Origin: a phage
Sequence record: NC_101838.1
Length of the DNA: 64,000 nucleotides
Strand: one strand, 5' to 3'
Positions 18,278 through 28,019 of this stretch are shown in pieces. Positions within the stretch are counted from its first letter, which is position 1. Each line of letters opens with the position of its first letter. The notes beneath the pieces were generated by a model. That model was not told where the DNA came from, made no database searches, and was given only the letters and a program-made list of their open reading frames with translations. Both the position numbers and the translations under genes were made by a program.

Positions 18278-18946
18278 ATGGCTGTAGCTTATCCTACAAT
18301 ACCAATTCCAGATCTTGAAGATGCAGAAACAGTCTTGAGTGATGACTTCTTGGTTGTCAACCAGACTGATGGGACAAGAAAGGCTAAGATTGACGATGTT
18401 GTCAACGATCTTAGCATTACTAAGATAGTCTATTTCACAGAGGGTGGTTATCTTAAGAGCAAGAAGGACTTTGCTTATGACCCAGAAACTAAGCGCTACT
18501 ACACGTGGAACGGGGATTATCCTAAAATAATCCTCCCAGACTCCACTGTAGAGGGTGCTGGGGGTGTGTCTGCAAATGCCTGGTCTGTTTTTGGTGAGCT
18601 TGCTGCAACTTCTTCTGGCAGAATAGTTGATTACGGATCTATCGGTGGTCAGCTTGATATGGATCTTGAAGTTGCGGATACCTTTAAGGTTCGACTAACT
18701 TCAAATACCACAATCTCTTTTGAAAATCAAACAGAAGGTCTTGAAGGAGTGGCGAGAACTATAACCGTATGCATTACTCAGACCTCTGGCGGCAACAAAG
18801 TCTATTGGCCTGGTAATGTTAAATGGTCCTACGGAAGAGATCCTATCCTAACATTTACAGCTGGTGCAACAGATATTTTCAAGTTGGAAACCTACGACAA
18901 CGGGTTAACTTGGTACGGGGCACTGATTATCGCAGGAGCTATCTAA
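18278..18946 (+). CDS. fiber/spike anchor-domain protein
   Basis: 222 aa; N-terminal about 100 aa resemble the N-terminus of the 1479-aa fiber at 21581 (DDFLVVNQTDGTRKAKIDDVV versus DDYLVVQQPDLTRRVKIGDVV; FAYDPETKRYYTWNGDYP versus FAYFEEEDLYLRWKGEFP). Confidence 0.45.
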   Translation: MAVAYPTIPIPDLEDAETVLSDDFLVVNQTDGTRKAKIDDVVNDLSITKIVYFTEGGYLKSKKDFAYDPETKRYYTWNGDYPKIILPDSTVEGAGGVSANAWSVFGELAATSSGRIVDYGSIGGQLDMDLEVADTFKVRLTSNTTISFENQTEGLEGVARTITVCITQTSGGNKVYWPGNVKWSYGRDPILTFTAGATDIFKLETYDNGLTWYGALIIAGAI

Positions 18947-18947
18947 G

Positions 18948-21545
18948 ATGCGTATTCAACATAACATTGATAACGTATTTCAGATGATTGAGGGGCACAG
19001 GAAGTGCCTCGATAACAACACAGGTATTACCAACACCCCTACACAAAATAAGCTAGTAAACCCTGATGGTCTTATAGCTGCAGGGTGGGCAGGTAATAAG
19101 ATAAATAATGATTGGGCAATGCATGAGTCCCAAGCTGTGTTGATTCTGGGATACATTGAAGCATACAGGGCATCGAAAAGCGATTTCTATCTGGGTAGGG
19201 CAAAAGATGCTTGGGAAGCTTACAATAGCCATCTTCTGGGTGCATATGCAGTAGAAAGTAAAATGCAAAGATTGTCCCACTACCCTCTATCCACAGATGG
19301 GGTTCCATCACATGGTGGGTTTAAAGATGTAGTGGTGTCTTTTACCAACGGTAGAGGAAAAATCCCAGCTGGATCTCCGACATGGGGGGAATACCTTGAC
19401 AAGGCATTCCAAGCGTATAACGGTGTGTTAGGAAGAAACACTGTAGACTCTGATGTTTACGGTGGCACAGATGCTAACCCAGATTGGACAACATCCGGAT
19501 TAAGTTGGTGGGTTGAGTGGTACATAGCATGTGATGGTAACCGCTATTGGGCTAACGGTAGCATAGCCGACAGTGGTCATACGTCTGTAGAGTTCGGCAC
19601 AATCCAATTACAAGATAAGGGTGTTACAGGCAGCCACAAGGTGACCTATTGTGTAAGATTACCTCAAGAGCAGGGCGGATCGGTGATACCTGCAGGATCC
19701 CCTGTAATTGTAAATCCTATAAACGTGGTTGCAGATAATCAGGCCCCAGAGTTGGACGGGGAAGAAATGTGGTGTGACGCTTGTTATCAACTCTACACCT
19801 TGACAGGTGAGGAAAAGTATTACACCGCGTTTAAACAGTCTTACAACAAATTGCTTAATTTCAGTGATATAAACGCCTACGACAAACTGTTTAGGAAGAC
19901 CACGTTGATTAAGGCACCGTTTACAGATGGTACTTGCCTTGTTGCAGGAACAGTTCCTGTCATGAGCAGGGACAGTGACGGGTATATCAATTTTAGAATG
20001 AACGCACGCCAGCCTTGCGAAATAATTCAAAAAGGGACTACATACAAAATAGGCAGAGATGCTGAAATTGTTATGAATTTCGGAGGAGAAGGGGTTCTGT
20101 TCCAGCCACATTTCATCCTTAATGATGGCAACAATAACAAAAAACAGTACAGGATAGGAGTTCCTTTTGGAGGGGCAGAGGTAACAGAAATAGTTGCCAA
20201 GGTTACTGATTTCGTAGAGGTGGTTGGTAAAGACGGTAATCCATATCTCTTACCTAAAGAGGAAAACATTGCCGTAAGCGGTGGTGCTAGTGTTAGTATG
20301 CAGTATGATACCGACATTTACAACCACTCTGACAACTTCACCCGTTGTAATATAGCAAGAGGTAAAGTAACTTTCAATTTTGGAAGAGAGATTTCTTTAA
20401 ACTCAGTAACTTATCGCTCAGATGATGAGATGGTAAGGGTCAAATTTCTTGACAAAGACAGGTGGTTATGGTATGCTGATCTATATGCCACTAATGGACA
20501 ATGGGTAACAGAAACTCTTACTCTAGGAGATTTCAAACTAGATCCGACACAACCTCATCACACCGAAGAAGAGATTAAACCTTTCTTTGCTAATCCCAAG
20601 GGGCTAACCTCTGTAGATTTCAGCCTAAGCGACAGACAGATAGGTAATGGCTTGTTTGATCTATATTGCGTCAACACACTGCCGCAATTTTATATTGCAG
20701 ATAGAGATGCTTATCTAATTTGGTTTAGCGTGTGGATGGCAAGCAAGACAGAATCAACCGCTAAGGTTGGCGATTGCTATGTCAGAAACTACAAGCAAGG
20801 CGCATACAGGCACACACCAGGTGTGTTCCCTGCCGGAAAGGTGATAGATAAGGAAAACTATCTCTTAGAGGAAAAGCCAAATTGGCCATACCCTGGCATG
20901 CAATACCCAGCAGTATACTGCATGGGTGCAGAAAACATAGATCGCCATAGATTGTCAAATACAATAGGCTTTCTGTATGACGCTCAAGTCTGGTATAATA
21001 ATACATTTAAGACAGAGGGTCCAGTTGCCTCGCGTTATGTATGGCAGAGAGGTAATGAAGGGCTGACTGGTTGGTGGGAGATGGTAGATAACTCTAAGCT
21101 CCAGTCAAGATCTTTTGTTGCTGCGTGCCGCACAATCTATGAGCTCAAGAAACATAAAGAACCTGTTGATGAAAGATTATTCCTGTTCTGCCAGAAATGG
21201 GCATGGTTCCTCAACAGATTCCAGTCATCTCATTCAGGAAATCTGCCTACAGACTTTAACACCTCTGGGGGATATTCTTATCAAGACAGAGGGGACAGGA
21301 TGTGGGTGGTAGGTGAATGGCTTGCAGGTTGCTGCTGGCTAGGTCTGTGCGGGTATTCAGAGACAATACCTCAAATAGACATTGTTGTAGAAGCCTGTAT
21401 GAAGCTACTGCAAAAGCACCACTTCATCAATGGGGATAATGTTTTAAACGGCTGCTGGGCAGTTTCTGATCCGGTGGGCTATCACTCTGGCGAAATCCTT
21501 CGCGGCCTTGGCCTTTATGCTCAATACCGTGGATTGTACCTTTAA
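18948..21545 (+). CDS. large structural protein (possible tailspike or enzymatic fiber)
   Basis: 865 aa, Trp/Tyr-rich; translationally coupled to the anchor-domain gene; no catalytic motif verified. Confidence 0.35.
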   Translation: MRIQHNIDNVFQMIEGHRKCLDNNTGITNTPTQNKLVNPDGLIAAGWAGNKINNDWAMHESQAVLILGYIEAYRASKSDFYLGRAKDAWEAYNSHLLGAYAVESKMQRLSHYPLSTDGVPSHGGFKDVVVSFTNGRGKIPAGSPTWGEYLDKAFQAYNGVLGRNTVDSDVYGGTDANPDWTTSGLSWWVEWYIACDGNRYWANGSIADSGHTSVEFGTIQLQDKGVTGSHKVTYCVRLPQEQGGSVIPAGSPVIVNPINVVADNQAPELDGEEMWCDACYQLYTLTGEEKYYTAFKQSYNKLLNFSDINAYDKLFRKTTLIKAPFTDGTCLVAGTVPVMSRDSDGYINFRMNARQPCEIIQKGTTYKIGRDAEIVMNFGGEGVLFQPHFILNDGNNNKKQYRIGVPFGGAEVTEIVAKVTDFVEVVGKDGNPYLLPKEENIAVSGGASVSMQYDTDIYNHSDNFTRCNIARGKVTFNFGREISLNSVTYRSDDEMVRVKFLDKDRWLWYADLYATNGQWVTETLTLGDFKLDPTQPHHTEEEIKPFFANPKGLTSVDFSLSDRQIGNGLFDLYCVNTLPQFYIADRDAYLIWFSVWMASKTESTAKVGDCYVRNYKQGAYRHTPGVFPAGKVIDKENYLLEEKPNWPYPGMQYPAVYCMGAENIDRHRLSNTIGFLYDAQVWYNNTFKTEGPVASRYVWQRGNEGLTGWWEMVDNSKLQSRSFVAACRTIYELKKHKEPVDERLFLFCQKWAWFLNRFQSSHSGNLPTDFNTSGGYSYQDRGDRMWVVGEWLAGCCWLGLCGYSETIPQIDIVVEACMKLLQKHHFINGDNVLNGCWAVSDPVGYHSGEILRGLGLYAQYRGLYL

Positions 21546-21548
21546 CAT

Positions 21549-21569
21549 AGGGGGCTGTTTGCCCCCTTT
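21549..21569 (+). terminator. weak terminator or RNA hairpin
   Basis: AGGGGGC / GCCCCCT stem with 5-nt loop but only a short TTT tail. Confidence 0.35.
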
Positions 21570-21580
21570 CAGGAGAAAGA

Positions 21581-24500
21581 ATGGCTGATATTAAAGTTGT
21601 CAGAATTGAATCTCTTCCTGCCACTACCGCAGTGACAGAGGATGATTACCTGGTTGTTCAACAACCAGACCTGACCCGTCGTGTAAAAATTGGCGATGTT
21701 GTCCATGTGGATGGGACTGTTTCTCATGTAATCTCCTTTAAGGAAGGTGGTAAGTTAAACGGCCCAATGGATTTTGCCTATTTCGAAGAGGAAGATCTCT
21801 ACCTGCGTTGGAAAGGCGAATTTCCACACACTGTTCCTGCACTATCTTCACCGTACTCAGATGGTGGGATTACTGACGCTGCATGGATGGTATATACTGA
21901 CCCGTCCCTAAGGGAGGAGCTGGAATCTACCATTGGCGCATCTATGATCATGACAGCCGAAGGGCAGTCTGTCCAGGATGTAATGGATGTTACTGTTCAG
22001 ACAGCTAACGATGCTAAAGCACTTGCACAGCGTGTAGATTTTGGTACGGTGCACACTGTAGGTGATGTTATTCACCTTGATAACTTTGTGGGTCCTGCAG
22101 TTATTGAAGAGGGAAGAACCACCAACTACCCTTCTGTAGCAGCTGGTGAAAAATTTCTGAACGGTGTAGTATCTCGTCGTGATACTACAACTGTTGATGG
22201 TATTTTCCGTGGCGCTACATCCGGAGCCATGTATACCATCGCAGTAACCAACGGTGTAGCAACAACAAAAAGAATAGCACTTCGTGATGAATTTAAACGC
22301 CTGGAGGCAAACAACCCAACAAGAACAGTTATCCGTGCTGGAGATGATTTAAACACGGCAGGGTACTTGCAGCTTGACGCAACAGGCCGTTGGGGCATGT
22401 GGAACCAACAAACAGCCTCGTGGCAACCTCTTGCTATAGAGCAAGGCGGTACGGGGGCCAGAGATGCCGCTGGAGTCCGTATCAATATCGGGGCTTTCTA
22501 TAAGCAACGTGCAGCCCTTGAGCCAAATTTCAATATCAATAACTTGACTGGTAATCAGGATGGTGTATACTACCAGCCGATGACTGCTTATGCAACTGAG
22601 GCAAATGGTTACCCTGCAGGTTCTGGTGCTGGTCACTTGATTGTTTGGCAGAACAATGCTAACGGCGGTACAGGTTGTCGTCAGGAATACTATCCATTCT
22701 CTAACGTGGATGTTTGGTATTTGAGAACCTATCAGGCCAACACAAACCAGTGGACTGCATGGCAGCCAATGGTCAGACCTCGTAACGATGATACCTTTAG
22801 ATCGCACATCGGTCTCGGGTCTAGAAACTCCCCTACCTTCGGGCACCTTTACCTGTCTCAAAGTTCTGCTGATGTTAAGTCAGCATCAGGTATTGTTAAC
22901 GGGGACAAATACAGCGCTGACGGTGTCCTTGAGCATGGATATAGGATCTACTCTGAGGTAAGAAACGACAATAAGGCTTGGTTGACAATCCACCTGCACA
23001 AAGGTGCAAAAGGATCTGAAACCCATAGATATTTAGGTTTCCGCGAAGACGGCGTGTTAGACTGCCCTAAATACATGCAGGTTGGGGATCTTACTGGTCA
23101 GCTGACAAACTGGGGACTTGGAGAGTGGATTCGTAGTTCAGGAGCAGAAAGAGGCTTCTGGGGGTCCAAGAAAGCCGCCAAGATGGTTATCTGGGATGGT
23201 GGGATGGACGAATCCGGTAACGGCACTCTGGAATGGGGTGTTTATAACAACCGGAAGGCCAAGTGGGAACCTCTACCTCAAGCCGCAGGTGGCACCGGGG
23301 CTACAACTTTAGCAGATGCTCAGAATCTGTTCAAAGTTCCTATAGCAGCAGGTGTAAAAGACTTCTTAACACTGCCAAGAACCGCAGGGATGGAAGATGG
23401 GAAATACTACCCAATCATCGTTAGAACAGATCCATATTATGCTCCAGCAACTGGCACTGATATTACTATAGTCACCAGGTCTTCATCTGGAAATGACCCT
23501 ATGAACTGTGCCACCCTGCAGTGTCACTATAGAACTGGTGGCTGGACTGACAGGGGAGACTCTTTCTACGGGGTAGTAAATTTCTACCAGAATGAAAAAG
23601 CACTTCTTGGGATGGTTGCTCCAACAAGGGGTAAACAAGAGTATGTTGCTTTCTATGTAGAGGCTCGTGCTTTCCCTGTCAGCATATACGCAAGTAGAAA
23701 TGTTGTCGAAGTGTTTACCAGAGAGCAAGATTACCAGGTTGGGGCTGTAACAGACAATCAGGATGGGGTTAAGTTCGTTGCACCTCTTCAGTCAGCAGAT
23801 TTGAATCTTGCTATTCTTGGTGATAACAACACCAATACCAGACCTATTGTTGACTTCAAAGGTACTTCAGGGTTCTACACTGGGGGCGGCACACAGTGGC
23901 ACTATATAGGCACTGCTGAACGCTATGCTGTGATGAGCAAAATGAATATGCCAAAAGTCGAGCTATGGGCAGACGGTCTTGACTATTTGTGCTACGGCAG
24001 TCCTAGAAAGGCGTTATTCTCTAATGCAGGATTCCAGTGTGCATCCGATGGGACAGAGGATCTGACTAACGGTACGTTTACCTCTAAATGCGGTAATGGT
24101 GCTGGTCTCAAAGGTCAGGCAGAGTTCAGATCTACTCCGGAAGCGGGTCAAGTTATTGTTCGCGATGTTGTAGGCACAGCTCATAGATTCTACAACTTCA
24201 ACAAGGATGGTACTTTCTCAGCACCGGGTGGTTTTGTATGCCACACAGGTGCAGACTGGAACAACCAGTTCGGGAATAACAACCCTTCTAAAATAATGGC
24301 AGGCAATGTCAACGGACCTGAAGGATCGATGGTTGTTGGTGGGTTGTCTGTGGCATTTTCTGGAAACTACGCTTTCCAGATGGCAGGTCGTTTAGATCAG
24401 CTGTACACTCGTTCCATAGAGCAGGGAAACCACAGAGCGTGGAACAAAGTTATTCAGCACCGTGGTCAAGGGTTGGGAACTAATGACCTTAACGACTACA

Positions 24501-26020
24501 AGGCAGATCGTGAAGGGATTTACCATCAAGAGGCAAATGCCAACGCCACAGCGGAAAGAAATTACCCACCAGGGCAGCAGATGGCTGGTACGCTGATCGT
24601 TCTTAGAAACTCCGCTAACGAAGGAACAGGTTGTATCCAGATATATAAAATGTATCTTGGTGGAACATGGGAAAGGTATTACAATAACCTTGGCAGCGGA
24701 ATGGCTTGGAGTCCTTGGAAGAGAACAAGCTTCCCAGAAAACACAACTGCTCCAGTTATGCCTGACTTGTGGTTGCCTTTAACCTCTAACCTAAAACCTG
24801 CATTGGGTGAAGGTGAGATGGTCTTCTCCAGACCTTCCACAGCAACCTATTTCACTAAGCGGGGTGTTATGGCTGTTGCACAAGCAAACCAACCACGTTT
24901 TGAAAGAGATGGGTTGCTTATCGAGGGGCAAAGGACAAACCTCATGCTCAACAGTGAGGACCCAAGCAAGTGGGGTGCACAGCAAGCGATTACTGTCGGT
25001 AGCACTGTAACAAATACTAACGGCACAAAAGGCGCAAGATTTACAGTAAACACCACATCCGGTTTAGAAACAACAGCGTTAAACCTTGCTACAGTTCCAG
25101 CCACCAGAGGTGCCGATGTAACAGGTGCTGAGAAATTCTGTACTGGGTCTATTATTGCAAGGGGAGGTAAAGCGAACCAGAGATTACGTATAAGATTCGA
25201 CATGTACGACGGATCCACCACAACATTTCAAGGTGATGCTTATGTTAACCTGTCAACACTTGAAGTTAAAACAACAGGTGTTGCAGCGGGGAGAATTAAA
25301 GTAAAAGCTGAGAGATGGCAAACAGCCGGACCTGCTTGGATAAGGGTTGTTGCTACGTTTGAGGCAGTGTCCTCTGACAGGAATATCGGTTGCCAGTTCC
25401 AGATTGCCCCGCCGGAGAGTTCTCAACATGCCGTAGGGGATTGGGTTGACGTTGCAATACCTCAGTTTGAGTTGGGATCTTGTGAGTCCTCGTTTATCCC
25501 TACAGGGTCTTCACCTGTAACCAGGGCGGCAGATCTTTGTAAATTCCCAATGACTGATAACCTAGCGCCCAGACCATTCACTATCGCCGCTACGGTTGAT
25601 GCCAACTGGAGAGGCTGGGGCAAAGCTCCTAACGCAGCCCCTAGGGTTATTGATACAGAGGGTCATCAATCCGGTGCTGCATTTATCATGGGGTTTGGCT
25701 CTGCAACAAATATTGCGGAGGACGGTTATCCATACTGTGATATTGGAGGGTCAAACAGACGTGTTTACGAGATGGCTAAAGCCCGTAAATTGAAAATTGG
25801 GTTCAGGATAAAAGATGACGGTAAAACCTGCTCTTTTGCTAACGGACTGGTGAGCACGGAAACGCAGTCTTCTTGGGAATTCCTAGCAGGAGGCGCTTTC
25901 ATCCGCATTGGTGGTCAAACGGCGACAGGTGAAAGACACTTATTTGGTCATATTAAGGACATAAGAGTTTGGAACTCTGCACTGACAGACACCCAGCTTA
26001 TGATGGAGAGTGTTGAATAA
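21581..26020 (+). CDS. giant tail fiber/spike protein with C-terminal lectin-like (LamG-type) domain
   Basis: 1479 aa; N-terminal anchor domain shared with 18278 ORF; C-terminus ...HLFGHIKDIRVWNSALTDTQL matches the concanavalin/LamG-type motif. Confidence 0.5.
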   Translation: MADIKVVRIESLPATTAVTEDDYLVVQQPDLTRRVKIGDVVHVDGTVSHVISFKEGGKLNGPMDFAYFEEEDLYLRWKGEFPHTVPALSSPYSDGGITDAAWMVYTDPSLREELESTIGASMIMTAEGQSVQDVMDVTVQTANDAKALAQRVDFGTVHTVGDVIHLDNFVGPAVIEEGRTTNYPSVAAGEKFLNGVVSRRDTTTVDGIFRGATSGAMYTIAVTNGVATTKRIALRDEFKRLEANNPTRTVIRAGDDLNTAGYLQLDATGRWGMWNQQTASWQPLAIEQGGTGARDAAGVRINIGAFYKQRAALEPNFNINNLTGNQDGVYYQPMTAYATEANGYPAGSGAGHLIVWQNNANGGTGCRQEYYPFSNVDVWYLRTYQANTNQWTAWQPMVRPRNDDTFRSHIGLGSRNSPTFGHLYLSQSSADVKSASGIVNGDKYSADGVLEHGYRIYSEVRNDNKAWLTIHLHKGAKGSETHRYLGFREDGVLDCPKYMQVGDLTGQLTNWGLGEWIRSSGAERGFWGSKKAAKMVIWDGGMDESGNGTLEWGVYNNRKAKWEPLPQAAGGTGATTLADAQNLFKVPIAAGVKDFLTLPRTAGMEDGKYYPIIVRTDPYYAPATGTDITIVTRSSSGNDPMNCATLQCHYRTGGWTDRGDSFYGVVNFYQNEKALLGMVAPTRGKQEYVAFYVEARAFPVSIYASRNVVEVFTREQDYQVGAVTDNQDGVKFVAPLQSADLNLAILGDNNTNTRPIVDFKGTSGFYTGGGTQWHYIGTAERYAVMSKMNMPKVELWADGLDYLCYGSPRKALFSNAGFQCASDGTEDLTNGTFTSKCGNGAGLKGQAEFRSTPEAGQVIVRDVVGTAHRFYNFNKDGTFSAPGGFVCHTGADWNNQFGNNNPSKIMAGNVNGPEGSMVVGGLSVAFSGNYAFQMAGRLDQLYTRSIEQGNHRAWNKVIQHRGQGLGTNDLNDYKADREGIYHQEANANATAERNYPPGQQMAGTLIVLRNSANEGTGCIQIYKMYLGGTWERYYNNLGSGMAWSPWKRTSFPENTTAPVMPDLWLPLTSNLKPALGEGEMVFSRPSTATYFTKRGVMAVAQANQPRFERDGLLIEGQRTNLMLNSEDPSKWGAQQAITVGSTVTNTNGTKGARFTVNTTSGLETTALNLATVPATRGADVTGAEKFCTGSIIARGGKANQRLRIRFDMYDGSTTTFQGDAYVNLSTLEVKTTGVAAGRIKVKAERWQTAGPAWIRVVATFEAVSSDRNIGCQFQIAPPESSQHAVGDWVDVAIPQFELGSCESSFIPTGSSPVTRAADLCKFPMTDNLAPRPFTIAATVDANWRGWGKAPNAAPRVIDTEGHQSGAAFIMGFGSATNIAEDGYPYCDIGGSNRRVYEMAKARKLKIGFRIKDDGKTCSFANGLVSTETQSSWEFLAGGAFIRIGGQTATGERHLFGHIKDIRVWNSALTDTQLMMESVE

Positions 26021-26352
26021 TGAATACTTTTACCCTTGGGTTTACTGACAGGGAGGATTTTAACGGTTTCATGGACGAAATCGGCTTTTACGAGAATGAG
26101 GTGTTACAAAACACCCTTCTTGTAGAGGTTGTCGGGTTCATTTACACAGAGACTGGAGACACTTATGAGGCCGAAGATGAATTTGGCAACATGGTTGTCT
26201 ACCCGGTTTGCGAGAAAAGTGAATTGTTTTATGTTAACGTTCTGGCTCTGGACGAGGATGCAGAAAACATCGTCTCTAAAAGCGGAAAAGTTGTAGATCC
26301 GATAAGGTTGAACATGTTCGACCCATCAGTATCCACCTTGGAAGCACTTTAA
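26020..26352 (+). CDS. hypothetical acidic protein (possible fiber assembly factor)
   Basis: 110 aa; start overlaps upstream stop (TAATG); followed by terminator. Confidence 0.3.
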   Translation: MNTFTLGFTDREDFNGFMDEIGFYENEVLQNTLLVEVVGFIYTETGDTYEAEDEFGNMVVYPVCEKSELFYVNVLALDEDAENIVSKSGKVVDPIRLNMFDPSVSTLEAL

Positions 26353-26358
26353 AGTATT

Positions 26359-26388
26359 GCCCTCGCTTCGGCGGGGGCTTTTTGTTTG
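26359..26388 (+). terminator. intrinsic terminator
   Basis: GCCCTCGC / GCGGGGGC stem, TTCG loop, TTTTTGTTTG tail. Confidence 0.65.
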
Positions 26389-26390
26389 TA

Positions 26391-26419
26391 TTGCGTATTA
26401 ACTTAAAATCTGGTAAAAT
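26391..26419 (+). promoter_or_regulatory. sigma70-like promoter (TTGCGT-17-TGgTAAAAT)
   Basis: -35 26391-26396, -10 26414-26419; follows terminator; drives M/L/K/J-like cassette. Confidence 0.5.
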
Positions 26420-26450
26420 AACTATCATGATTGTTTAACCTGGAGGCACA

Positions 26451-27041
26451 ATGTTTTTATGGGAAAGGCCTAGATACCTTCCAGATATCAGATTGGAGCT
26501 GCTGGCAGATATTGTTACGTTTAAAAGTCCGTTTACAGGTAAAACGCAAAAAGTAACCTATGCCACACCTAACTGGAAAGGCACTTTGACGGTTTCCAAT
26601 ATCAGCGAGTCACAGTTGCTAGAGCTTAAGAGCTTTGTTGATCAGGTGTATAAAGATGGAAACATCTTTCTTATTAAAACTTACGGTCACTCAGTTACAG
26701 CTAATGAGCCAATCGCCCTTGGGCCTACTGGTAACGACGATTTTTTGAAGACGGTTGGGTGGGAGCCAAACAGAGACATAGCTAGAGCTGGGGATAAAAT
26801 ATCTGTCAATGATGAATTGAAAGTGGTAACAGCTCCAGTGCGTAGCGATGGTGTTGGGTCTGCTGTTATAAGCATATCTCCAAGACTTAGAAAACCTATT
26901 GCCGCAGGGGACACTACGAAGATAATAACTCAATCTCCGAAGGGTAGGTTTCATATCAGAGATATTTATAAAATTAAGCAAAAAGTCGATGCTATGCAAA
27001 AAGGTGATAATATAGTTATCAACTTCTTTGAGGATTTCTAA
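26451..27041 (+). CDS. minor tail protein, lambda gpM-like (tentative)
   Basis: 196 aa; region WKGTLTVSNISESQLLELKSFVDQVYKDGNIFL resembles lambda M (recalled); own promoter and GGAGG RBS. Confidence 0.4.
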   Translation: MFLWERPRYLPDIRLELLADIVTFKSPFTGKTQKVTYATPNWKGTLTVSNISESQLLELKSFVDQVYKDGNIFLIKTYGHSVTANEPIALGPTGNDDFLKTVGWEPNRDIARAGDKISVNDELKVVTAPVRSDGVGSAVISISPRLRKPIAAGDTTKIITQSPKGRFHIRDIYKIKQKVDAMQKGDNIVINFFEDF

Positions 27042-27042
27042 G

Positions 27043-27594
27043 ATGATCAGAGCGCCATTAGATAATTTATTTCTTGAAAAGCTGGAGCTTGATGGTGTTG
27101 AGATCTTAATTGCTGCAAAGCTGGAGCTACCGACAGGAACTGTCAGGGTGTGCTCAGGCACTGGTGTTGTAGTAATTGAGGGGCAACATTTTATAGGGAT
27201 AGGTGGATCAGCAACGTTAACTGCTGTGTCTGAGAAAGATGCCACCAACTTCGGATCTGTGGTAGCGACATTGAACGGGTTTGATCCTAAGTATGTGGGT
27301 GATCTTCTGAAGACGGAGTATTCCGGTTGTCGTGCCACGTTGTACATTACCGCTATGGAGAATGGTCTGCCTGTCACAACTAATGGCTTGTTTGACGGCC
27401 TTATAACAGATATGGCTATTCAGACAGGGGAGAATAGTGCTTTGTCCATATCCATCTCTTCCATCTTCAACAGTTGGTTAAGAGGTTTTCCTTATCGGTA
27501 CACGGAGGAAAGCCACAGCTCAAGAAACGATAATGACAGATTTTTTAAATATGTGGATCAGGTGGCGAGCCGCCCGATCATTTGGGAGGTTTAA
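27043..27594 (+). CDS. minor tail protein, gpL-position (tentative)
   Basis: 184 aa from ATG 27043 (track start 27028 is TTG); GAGGA RBS; between M-like and K-like genes. Confidence 0.3.
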   Translation: MIRAPLDNLFLEKLELDGVEILIAAKLELPTGTVRVCSGTGVVVIEGQHFIGIGGSATLTAVSEKDATNFGSVVATLNGFDPKYVGDLLKTEYSGCRATLYITAMENGLPVTTNGLFDGLITDMAIQTGENSALSISISSIFNSWLRGFPYRYTEESHSSRNDNDRFFKYVDQVASRPIIWEV

Positions 27595-28019
27595 TGAGCA
27601 CACATCCTCGTCTAGTGGACTGGCAAGAAAGATTGTGGAAAGTATTTGACGAAGAGGCCACCATACCTTTTGAATGGGGATTCCACGATTGTTGCACCTT
27701 TGCAGCTAAGTGTGTTGATGCCCAATACGGAACAGATTTTCTTTCTAACTTCGAAGGAACGTATAAAACAGAGTTGGAAAGCAAAAGATGGTGCATGCTT
27801 CGTTTCAAAACCACACACCTGCCTACTATTTTTGATCTCTTTCTGACTCGGCTGGATACTCCTAAACAGGTTCAGCGTGGAGATATTGTCATTTTCGAAG
27901 GTCTGAACGGGCTCACCGCTGGTGTGTTCTGGAACAACCAGATTTGGGCGAAAGGTGATAAAGGGGTCTTTATGTTCGACATGAAAGATTCTATCGTTGT
28001 TGATGTCTGGAGGTATTAA
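27594..28019 (+). CDS. tail tip assembly protein, gpK-position, Cys-containing
   Basis: 141 aa from ATG 27594 overlapping upstream stop; motif FEWGFHDCCTF; directly upstream of J-like gene. Confidence 0.3.
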   Translation: MSTHPRLVDWQERLWKVFDEEATIPFEWGFHDCCTFAAKCVDAQYGTDFLSNFEGTYKTELESKRWCMLRFKTTHLPTIFDLFLTRLDTPKQVQRGDIVIFEGLNGLTAGVFWNNQIWAKGDKGVFMFDMKDSIVVDVWRY

